From NCBI GenBank assembly GCA_977030845.1, contig OZ365112.1, positions 14,074,001-14,138,000 on the forward strand: a DNA stretch of 64,000 nt. Direction: 5' to 3'. The stretch is from Fimbriosthenelais zetlandica. Taxonomy: Eukaryota. The notes under the pieces were generated by a model. The model searched no databases. It worked only from the letters and a program-made list of their open reading frames with translations, and had not been told where the DNA came from. Positions 1 to 11,200 of this stretch are shown piece after piece. Numbering within the stretch: position 1 is the first letter of the stretch; the number at the start of each line of letters is the position of its first letter. The translations under genes were made by a program, and so were the position numbers.

Positions 1-770
1 AAGCCAATATCATCATTTCACCCCAGGACGCCTGCCTCTGTATTGGTAGGGATTTAAGATGGTATATTTAATTATTTATAACAAAAGAGCCCCAGGGAAA
101 ATGCACATGGATGAGGAGATGAAGATAGATTTTGAGGATGGATGTCCCTGGAGGGGGTTCTTTTAGGAAGGGGAAGGGAAGCCAGGAGCTGCAGTGGGAA
201 ACGGCAGAAGGGGAGATTGAAAAGGTTGCCATGGAAACGAGAATGTATCGTGTGTTCCATATCCTACTCACTCATCGTTTTGGAATTTCAATCTTCAGTC
301 TCTGGTACAGGTGATCAATCATCGTTTGACTTTTAAACTCTCAATGCTAAAGAATATGCAAACCCACCCAGTCGTCAGCTCCTCGTTCATGCCCTATCCG
401 CACTACTTTCTCTCTGTTATCAATATGTGAAAGTCAGCTATTCATCCATAACCTATGACAAAGACAAGTCATTAGATACCACCAATTTCAAGATGTTTAC
501 TGCAAAGACAAATTGAAGTCAAGCTGAATTCCATCGTGCTTTCTCCCCATTACCCACCCACCTACCCTATACTCACCCCCTCCCCTTATAACACACCCTC
601 ACTCCCTTTCTGTAGGACTTGCTCGTACCCACTCATTCCCTACCCACTTATGCTGGAAACCAACCCCTATAGACCAGCTTACCCTGACCAAAGAGCTTCT
701 AAACTCTTTGCCCTGCCAACACAACCCACATATCCCACAGCCCACCACCCTACTTTCATCAAGAAGGGGC

Positions 771-848
771 CAGGAGCCTGTTTCAAAATGAATATTAGCC
801 ATAGACTTAGCATGCCATTGCTAATATTCCTCTTGAAACAGGTCCCTG
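771..848. mobile_element. Short palindromic MITE-like element / hairpin
   Basis: Arms 771-799 and 820-848 pair at 26 of 29 positions (25 Watson-Crick, 1 G-U) around a 20-nt loop. The ends (cctgtttcaa ... ttgaaacagg) match other copies in the window. Confidence 0.55.
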
Positions 849-1890
849 GAAAGGACAATATTATCTTTTCCCAATGTTGAATGGCCTCGATCTCCACCAT
901 CTCATTGGTGAATCTATGGAAATACATCTATAGAGGATATGTCATTCTTTTGAGTCAAAAACATTCAATCCCTAACATATTGACTGCCAAGAGAGTGTGA
1001 ATAGACTAGAAAGTGAGGCAAGGGTTAGGGTGATTATGATGCCCCACCTTGCTGCATTACAATGGCTGATATTGACTGATTCTTGCCTTATGTACAGTTA
1101 CACCCGTCCATGCTCCCCTCCCTTCACCATCTATAAAGCTTATAATGGATACCATCACCAATCACGGACCCACCACTATACAGTCCTATCATATATCTCA
1201 AATCTTTATCAGCCACGTATTGTCAATAGATCATCAAATATTGGATGCTGAGGGTACAAAAATCACTTGAAATCTTGAATTTATTTTCACCAGCATGTTT
1301 GACAATGGGATGCAATTGTGATTATGTGCTGAAATTAATTTCATTCTGCATCATAAATCAATGAGTCAGAACAAAATCCTGACGTGGTTTGTATTTATGC
1401 GGAGAAGTAGATCATATGTAAATCTATGCGATAAGTAAAATGTATTTCATAATGGCCTGCCATGTATATAATGCTGGTGATCTATGAAGTGCTGTGATGT
1501 CGAAGATAATCTCTATCGACCTCAGCCTGCATACATAGGTACGAGGAATTGATATAGAGCTCGATCAAAGGACGAGATCTTTTTTCAAGGCAGGAGCTCG
1601 TGCTATGATATAAGGAAAGGTTGGTTGTATCGGCGCTCTGATATCAGTCATTAATCATGAGGAAGAACTGCAGGGGAGCTCTGTCTAATGACCAGCTAGA
1701 ATGTTCCCAAGTCTCATATCCTAGTCCATATCTAAACTCCACTCCACACATACACCCTGCAGATGTGATCAAGGTACCTGGTAGATATAGAAAGGGAACA
1801 TAATTCACTTCCATCCATGCATCCAATTTACAATTTGCAATACGAAAGATTAAGCTACATTTGCCGAGACTTTACTGAGTAAATCCCTTA

Positions 1891-1906
1891 TTGAAACAGG
1901 CCCCTG
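1891..1906. repeat. Solo right-hand TIR of the same MITE-like family
   Basis: ttgaaacaggcccctg; no matching left TIR seen nearby. Confidence 0.4.
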
Positions 1907-4900
1907 AGGACAAAAACAGAGGACATTCCCAAGTATAAAGATGAATACGTTCACAAACTACGTCCCTTTCCGTTCATAAGAACATAGGGAGAGGCAAAAT
2001 AGTCCCCAAACTCTGATTTGTTTTCACAATAATGAGAAAACATATGTTTCCCTTCTTCCATCAAGCTTTATATCAAAGCACGTCTCGACGAGGATGTGTA
2101 TTGGGAAGCAAGAGGCTGGCTGGCTAGGGCAGTGGGGCAGGAAGGGTCAAAGTGGCCATTACCCACACCCATTATGGCTATTTACACTTTTAATCGCTAT
2201 AATTCACCCCGAGGTTTACAACCTAGCACACCCCTGAGGAAGACCTATAGAGATAGACATGTACACACATCAGCCTTTATTTACCACAATAAATAATCAG
2301 CCTAAACTAGTTTACAAATATTTTTTTTCTACCTTGTGCTGAACATTAGAATGATAGAAGTATAGCCAGAGGCAAATGAGCAATGTAAGCACGAGTGGTG
2401 TTATTAGGCCTACTCCAGCAGATGTTTTATATTATATCCAGTTGACAATGGTTAGACCCATTGACCCTTGGCACACATTGAGTTCTCTCTCTGTCTCTGC
2501 CTTTACATTTTCTGCACATAAAAATACCATTGGTGCTGACCCAGAGCCATATGACCCTGTGACCCATATACTAGACCCAACCTAGACCCTGAGAGGAACA
2601 TTTAAGAGGCTTTTTATGCTTGTAGCTTGCAAATTATGAGGGCGAGACAAGAAGTGGCTGTGTATAGGCTTTGGATATATACCAATGAACACAGATTGAA
2701 ATAGCTTGAGTTTGGGGATCTATTTTTCATTCAAAACATATATAGCATATGGATATTTTCAATGTCTGTTTTCCTTCGATGAATTAATTATTTCAAATAC
2801 AAAATACAATAATTGTCCTTTTTAATAGTGGGTATTGTTTTGCAGGTTTCACTATGAAACTGATTAGCCCCTGGGTTGAGGCAATTTCTTCAGAATAAAT
2901 CCAATAATGTTATATGCTTGCATAATGCAATGCAATATATGAAGCTGCAGTAAAGGCACTAATGCAACATACCTATCTCAGCAAGAGATAATGAATACTG
3001 ACATAGATAGCCATGCCTACACCCACCCTACTATAATTCCCCTGACACCGATTCCCAGTGCAGGGGTATGGAAGAGTAGCATGGTATCTGCTAGTTGACC
3101 CATATCACCCACCACGCCCCATGCAGTGTGAGGGTGTGTGCCGTGTTTGCCGCACATAATGAGCGATCCAGACCTGATAAATATGCACATGATTCACTGC
3201 AAGGGTCTCTCATCGAACATAGAGGCTCTAGCCTCTAGATTCACGAATTATTAAATATTTATACATGTACCAATTCAAACGCTCAGTGTCCTCAACAATG
3301 TCCCGCTTTGAATTTGTGTGCTGACGTATGCATGTGGGTTTCGTGGGTTTCAGTATCTAAATTCAAATTTAGTGGAAATATAAAATTGAAGAACAGTATA
3401 GGTTCTTTATCATTTTACTTAATTCGTTTTATATACCACGAACTTCATTTGCTTTTCGATATTATTGAAAGACGCCAAGATTATTTCTTTTTAAAGTCAA
3501 TCTCAACGTTACTTCCGACCTACTCTACCCTGGGATCTGTCTCTTAAATAATTTTGTGGGAAACAGGGAAATCTACAGAATGTACCTATGATTTCAGATT
3601 TCTGAGCGACATGGTTTCAATTACCCTTCCTCCACCTAAGACATTTGTAACAAGTAGAAATAGTTAGACAGAAAAGTGAATGAGGAAAAAGGTTTTCTCT
3701 GCATATAGATTCCATAAAAGATTTTTGGTTTAATTGCTTATTTTTATTGCCGGCTAATTGTGAGCTGCGCACAGTCCATTGGAGGTACTTTAGTATTAAT
3801 TCCATCCATGTAAAGTAAATGGTGCAATGAAGTAAATGAATGGCCCGGGGCAATTCTGTACCTTGATTTGCCTCATAAATTTAATCATTTAAAAATATTT
3901 CGATTAAAAATGAGTTTAATACAATACGTAGTGGTTTATTTCGTTCGCTCCCTCAACACACTTTCACAGAGGCCCAACTTTGTTGGTCTCTGAATATATA
4001 GTAATGCAATCAATTGCATTTCATGATTGTGGCGGGGATTGTGGAACCTATTGCCAATGAGATTTATAAAACAAGCTATGGGAGATTTTTTCTACTTGAT
4101 TTAGAAGCTAATTACAGATATTTTCTGTCAGTGAAATAGCGAAACATAGTCCAAACAGGACATGAAAATAGATGCAGTTGGTTTTAGTTGATAAATGTGT
4201 TTCTCCCGGGAGGGGACCGGGAGAAGGCCTGCATGTTGCCGGGATATCCTCGCCCTATCTGGGCAAGCATCTGTGGGCAATGGCCGGTCTCGGCACGGGC
4301 TATCGAGACCCCTAAATCATGAGGCTGAGGGATGGCCAGCGTGCCCGAGCTGAATCCAGAGATTAAATACAAGTTATCAAAATTCATGTGGCACATAGGG
4401 ACAGGCAAGATGCCGTGTAGGCGAGGCCATATGCAAGAAATCACTGGGGAAAAAATTGAAGGAGATAGCTTGGGTGCGTGGGATGGGAGTGGTAAAGGTT
4501 TTGGATCAAAGGGGCTGAATGGGTGGAGTTGGGGTCGTTTTCTGATGAGAACTGGTCAGTCTGTCTCATTTTTGTCATGACAAACAGTTGATCTTTCTCT
4601 CACGCGTTACATATAATGTTGTCAACATATTTTTCTTTGTGATGTTTCTAAAATATAAACGGATAATTGAAAACGGGCTTGAACGCTGGTTCATGACAAG
4701 TTGAAAAGATGCACAGGAAATGTTCATCGAAATCTCTTTGTAATTGAAATGCTTGATGAGATTATCAGGGAATCATACTACGTGTATTTCCCTCTAGATA
4801 GCAAGACAGATCTCTGGAATATTTCGAGTATAAAAGATCTGTAATTATTCAGATTTTTCCTACACTCACTTAAACGTGCCCTGGCTTGCATGACAAGAAG

Positions 4901-7784
4901 TAACTTTATCATAGGGATCTTTCTCGTGGTTTAATATATTTTTCATCTCAACACTAGTATATTTTTCTCTTTTGTCAATGATTGCACGTCCCAATAATTT
5001 AGTCTAAATACCCTTGCGTCCCTGAATAATAGCATCCACAGCAAGAAAATAGAGTTGAATGTAAGTGTACATACACGCAAAAATCAGTGCGATACAAAAA
5101 CACAGGCGAATAGAACACTAGGTGTGAGGGCAGGATGGTACTTCAATTTACAATCATTATTTTATGAAAATATTTTATTTGGGTTGGTCTGTTTTCCCAT
5201 GTCATAACGCTCGCTGCAAAGCCACCAGTTTACCCTAGTCCGAAGGGGCTTTCTAGGGCGGGGATTTTTACCCTTTTGTATATCAAAAGGACCCATTTAC
5301 ATGCATTAAGCAACCTAATTTGAAGAGCACCAAGGGTATAACCGTTACAAAATTAATTTTGTGTATGTTTCCCATACTGAAATCATACCCTAGATACTTC
5401 GAAAGCATTCAATTCGTAAAAAGGATAGAAAAAGACTCACAGACCCTGGCTCGCGCAGTCACCGAGTTTTGAAATTCAATATGGCGACCACCTCGCGCAG
5501 TGAGACAAATTTTATGAAGAACGAATGTTGGCCTACCAAAAGCAACATAAACATATAACCCTTAGATATAGACGGGGATAAGTCCATCGGGTGCTGTTGG
5601 TGAGCTTCTAGTTGGGTGCTCCTTGGTGTTGGAAAAGAAAAAAAAGAAAACTTTGGTTGGGAAGTAGGTCGGGGAGAGGAGTAGTGGGGAGCGCCATATT
5701 GGAAAGGGACGCGCGATTGGCGAGGCAGCATGGCAGCACTGGGTTAGGAACGGACTTGTGCATCATACGAACCGTAAGTATCATGACACCATTATACAAC
5801 ACATAAATTACCCTCCGTGTCAGGGATTTCAGAGGAAGTCCTTGCCTTATAGCCGATCTTATTTTCTTGCTGAAATGTTGACTTGTAAAATCCGATTTGG
5901 TGTTTTGTAAAGGCCGAATCGCGGTGTATCCGAAACGCGGGAATCATTATACCAGGGTCCCCGTATTATCATTCTTTTTTTCCTCCAGCCCACTCTCGCC
6001 TCTCCCTCTCCCTTGCCCTTGCTCATAAATCTCAGTTCCCAGTGTTTATTTTCACAACACCACAGGATACCAGCGATGGTATTTCTGGACATTTTAATTC
6101 GAAAATCGGACCCTATTGGTAAAGAACGGACATGAGCACTAATAATCATATCATGGAGTTGGATGTGGGGATTTTTCTATCTACCAAAGTCATCATTCAT
6201 GTTTCAAGGGTAGTAGTGGTCCATGGAGTGGGTTCGGGCAAGCGAGTATATAAGATGGAGAGAAGGATGGCTTGGTTATGTTTTGTTGTGGTCAGGGGAG
6301 GTGGTCAGCTTTGAGATGTGTGTGACAGGGTGGGTGTCAGTGGGAGCATGGGGAATCATGTATGTAATATTCAGGTGTCATTTACGCTGATATGTGTCAT
6401 CGTTTACCAATTCCTCTTGCGTGCACCTGTCAATTTGACAAATTAGAACATGTAGGGATCCATGTCCTCCTAGGTTTGCCTCTGATAACCGAGCTGGACT
6501 CTCTCCCTCGCCTGTTTCATCAACTCGGGTCTCAGGGTATCAACCAGCCCCCAATCAGCCATAAATATTTATCGGTGCAAAGGGATGGCACAAACCTTAT
6601 ACATCATAACATAACAAAATCATAACATAACATAGCATTTTTTTTACATTAGCAATACCACATTCACAGTCACATAAGCAGAGATCTTCTGATCTGTCAT
6701 AAATTTCTCATTCGCTTTTGTACATTATTGTCAACAGGAAGACATAAATACAAAAATTACTGATTGTACTTTCACACATTGGCAAATGACACACGCACAA
6801 TACATCCTGTTGCAGCTCCTCTTGTTCCCCTCTAGGAACATCTAATATTTACAAGCTTGCCACTGAAAGTAATACATCAAAAGGAACGCAACTAATGGGG
6901 AAAGGCAATTCTTGTTACGTTCCAGGCAGGCCAAGAAAATGTACCCGACGTACGCAGCGCAGAGGGAACAAATTGGTTTCAGTGCATAATATGATTTACA
7001 GATTCCTTCCAAAGCTTTAGCGCATACAATCAATAAATTGTGACAGAAATATATTGCCTAGAAATAATAGTTCCCCCTGAAATTCTCTTCCATACATCAA
7101 CCTCAATAACTTTACTTATGAATAATGCATTCTGCATTTCTTCCCAGAAATATTACCGGAAATAAATATTTTACTCTTGGTATTAATGTACAAAAACTTT
7201 GTGTTGTTTCGCATAATATTATATGAAAGTAGTTTGAAGAAATTGAGGAGAATATCCGATATGCATTTGAAGGATGGAATGGTAGCAGTATGAGGATATT
7301 TACCTATATATGCAGATGAGAGGGAGGGAGTATTTTTCTTATTTTGTTTAGTACTGGTTGTTTTGTCGGATTTGCCCTGGTGGTGCTTTTTGCTCTCTGA
7401 TGGACAGACAACCTTTTCTGTGCATGCTGAGATAGATTGGCTGGCTGGTAAAGTGCAACAATCAGTCTTCATCATTAGTCTAGAATAAAGAAAGGGAAAC
7501 AGTGGCGGATTTTCGTGTCTTCCTTGCCTCGCCCACCCACCAGCTGCCCGCCTTTGGTCTTGCTTATCTGCTTTGGAACATAAATGAGAACTGGGGAGCT
7601 TTCAGTCTTTGTCTTCATTGTATTGGGCGGGCTGTGTGGTAGAGATAAAGCCTCCACTGCCGTGTCTTAGGCTTGAGGTGGGTTCACCACACTATCAAGG
7701 TATGACATGCTGGAGGCCGAACAGGGCGCCAGATATGTGTGAAACCCCCTGGAATGAGAATGGGTATTGAGGGATTATATTTTT

Positions 7785-8240
7785 CAGAGTTTTATGGGGA
7801 TGAAGGTGGGTGGAAGGGGGCATTGGGGAAAGAGGATGGAGATGGGGATTGGGACTAGGGGAAGGGAGGCGGGTGGAAAATGGGAGGTGGCTATAGGGAT
7901 GAAATGGGGATAGGAGGTAAAAGGGGATGGGAATGGATAAAGCAAAGGCGATGGAATTGAATTGAAGATGTGGAAGATATAAAAGAAGGGAGGACGTGCG
8001 AAGGAATCAGGGGGAGAGAGCATGAGAAGGAGGGGTAGGACTGTATAAATTGGGAATAAATCTTACAGGGAAAGTGAAGAGAAAATGGAGATGGAGGAGG
8101 CCAAATAGAGGCAGTATGAAGAAACAGAACAAGAAGGAAATGTTCTGTAGGTAGCAAACGAAGCTTTCTGAATAAAAAAGGGAGAGCAATTTATCACAGG
8201 AAAGGGTAGGTAGAGTAATTGGTATTGGGTGCGGTGAAAT
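7785..8240. repeat. Long purine-rich (G/A) low-complexity tract
   Basis: About 450 nt dominated by GGA/GAA/GGG runs; the overlapping minus-strand ORFs are F/P/S-rich artefacts. Confidence 0.7.
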
Positions 8241-11200
8241 ATGCACTGCTGGGTCCTTACTGGCCATCCCGATAATATTTAACCAACATAGGTTGCTTAC
8301 AAATTAACGAAACTACTTCCTACCAATATTTCGTTAGTAACAATTTTCACAGACAGGAAAATTCATTGGAATTCCCATCTACTCAATCTTAACAAATATC
8401 GGCAAGGAAAGTTAGAACTTGGTTCTTTTAAATGTATTGCATGTATTTACCATGACAAGCCCAATAGATCCCCCTCATTTCTACTTGTAATATAATTTTG
8501 CACTGGTTGACAATAGGTAATTAAGTTAAATTTGGCAGAGTTAATTGGCAAGGGTGGTAAGGACAGGGTTGTTTTACTCGTTAGACAAAGTTCACAATGT
8601 GTAATAAAAGTTATTGTTCACAAACATGCCAAAAATATAGGAGGAAAAGAACAAAATCGCCATCGTAATCTCTGAGTCATCTCATATGCACATTAAAACG
8701 TGGCTCCCACACCATATGTGTTTATAAGATTGAATTATTCAACAGATCAGTGGGCGATAATTAGGTCGAAAGTCAGAAAATCGATGTGTGTGGCATTGGT
8801 TTAATCTCATCTATAAATCGCGCTCATGAAATGGACAGAGGCCTTCAATGCGGTCTATAATTTCTGTATTTCCGAATCAGTTTGGGGTGTCTTTGATGTA
8901 AGATTTTCTCAGAAATCAGGAAGAGAGATATAAATTAGGCACTGGGGGAGGGGACAGGTGTGTGAAGGCACGTGTTGGACTCTGTTATTAGTGGCTTTGT
9001 ACTGAGGAAAACATCTTGGCACCGAAAGTAGGTCAGTGGTAAGTACTAAATGGTGGAAGGGTGAGGCAACGATGGGAAGCAATAAACAGAACATGGTGTT
9101 AACGCTCTAGAGGATAAAGACCACAACCCAATTTTATTTTTTTCTGTGTCGGTTTTTATGCCCTTGATAAAGAGATGACAGATATGAAACCTGAGATGTA
9201 GACAAACAGCTCCGTTCCAGGAAGAGTGCAATGCCCGTTTGGATGATGCCTTGAATCCATGCACTCAAAATCCTAATTTTCTCATTTCTACGTATTGGTT
9301 TCTCAAAAACGAATAATGATGCTGATTTGAGACATGGAAATATATATTCCAGTTACGTTTTTTCATGCGGGTTATGCACATTTTCTGTCATTTTCGTTTC
9401 GTTTGTTTTTGTCATATCAGGAGGTGAACGACCTCCCTTTGTGGCTACTGTTTCTGCCTTTCCGGAAGACATTTTTACCCCAAATATTCCGTATGTAAAC
9501 ACTGGGTCGACGACCTGTGGTATAAACATGCGAGGGAGTACCAAAACATTCATTTTTTATGATGTTGATGTTATCTTTAAACATAGTTAATTGCCGCAAT
9601 TTATCACCTTCCAAAACTGTTCAGAAGCCATGTTCACTTTTCAACGATGCGCTTACGATAAGAGTTTAGATAAGGTAATCTCGTTTTTATTCGTAGTGTC
9701 GTAGTTTTTTTGTTGTTATCTGTCCCTGACGCCTTTATCTCCTTGTGTTTTTAATACTAACGATAGAATTCAAAAGTCAATGTGAGATTAATCTTTTCAG
9801 ATTTTGGTGTTTTGAAAGATTTGAGATAGGCCTAACTGACTGGGCATTTAAAAGATTCGCAGAGACTTTCTGGGTTGGTTGTGGTTATTTAATTTTGCAA
9901 AATCACTGTCCTGTCTTAATTAATAAATAACTCCTTATAGATGGGAGATAGGGCATGGTAATATGCAGGGCAGGCCCGGACAAAAGCATTTCTCTCGTGT
10001 ACTGAAGGCAATGTTGATTCAGTGCTGCATTTTGTAATTATGGCTTCGCTTAAGGGGAATGTTTTGAGGGAGTTTTGGTAAATGAGATTATTGCACCTAG
10101 AAATCACGATCCACAAAGAATGGATCCATCTTCATGATCACCATGACAACCATTTCATTAGACACCGTCCAGGGTTATCATCACATCACCATCTCGCCTC
10201 GAGACTGAGAATTGACGAGAATGGATGATTTTCCATCTACCTGCTTGCTGAAACATGATGAATAATTTCTTTCCATCTCAATGTAAAATTTCTCAAATTA
10301 GTCTTGATATTTATCATATGAAATTAGAAATTTAATGTAGAATATGTTGGCAGGGTTTGAAGTTAGATTTCAAGGTTAGGATGATTGATAGAGAAAAATC
10401 ACACAGGACCATATTTCTAATTCATGACAACACTGTAGTTCGCTCATGCCCATAAGCACATGGCCTGGAGGAAGTAGGAGAACAAATGATAAAAGAATGG
10501 GGTTAAAACAGGGGTTAAAGCTAGCGTCCCTCTTATTAATAAGTCACTCAAAAATTAATGGAGACTGGAGGAAAGATAGGGAGCGAGAATGGCCGCGGGG
10601 TGTGGCAGGACAGGGTTGTTTTGACATAAGGCTTTTTGGATTTCCTTCCAGCTATAGGTTGTAGTAGTTCTTCATCTTTCTATTCTTATAACTTGATCAG
10701 GATGGTGGGGGACCTTGGTATGATCTATGGAGGCTTGTAACACGCCCAGCCACTACTACTCTGTCCGCTTTTCAACACTGGGTCATAGACACTGCACTGA
10801 ACACTACTCTTTCTCCTCCTGCCTGACAAACACTCTCATTTTTATTCACATCAGACAATTCCCAAGACATCATCTTGCTTGGCGAGGGTATAGAGGCGAC
10901 AAAAGAAGTCAGAAGTGTCACGATTTATCCCCTGCCCCTCTGAATTTCGTTGCATGTAAAACACCCATGTGTGGGTGGGTGTGTGGGTTTGGGGTTTCAG
11001 GGTGCATGCGTGCGTGATGCCAGCGCCCTTCCTCTGCGTGCGGGGGTTGGGGAAAACACGCATGTGAGGGTGCTCGTTCTCTACAGTGCTCTTTCCTCTA
11101 TTCTTTCTCAATTTTCTGACGGTTTCTGGTTGTATTCTGGGAATGGAAAGAGTAGGCAGTGGATCACGTAGGTTGATTGTTGTTTGGGAGGCTGGATGAT

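Noticed and set aside
4201-4345. GC-rich stretch with short stems and an HDV-ribozyme-like string (atcctcgccc...ctgggcaagc)
   Set aside because: The L3-like and GGGCAA words resemble HDV ribozymes, but I could not build the required P1 helix (no complementary 5' strand upstream) or the nested pseudoknot. Only isolated 7-9 bp hairpins remain.
5230-5258. taccctagtccgaaggggctttctaggg, loosely like miR-993-5p
   Set aside because: Seed differs (ACCCTAG versus ACCCTGT) and the stem is only 6 bp, too short for a pre-miRNA.
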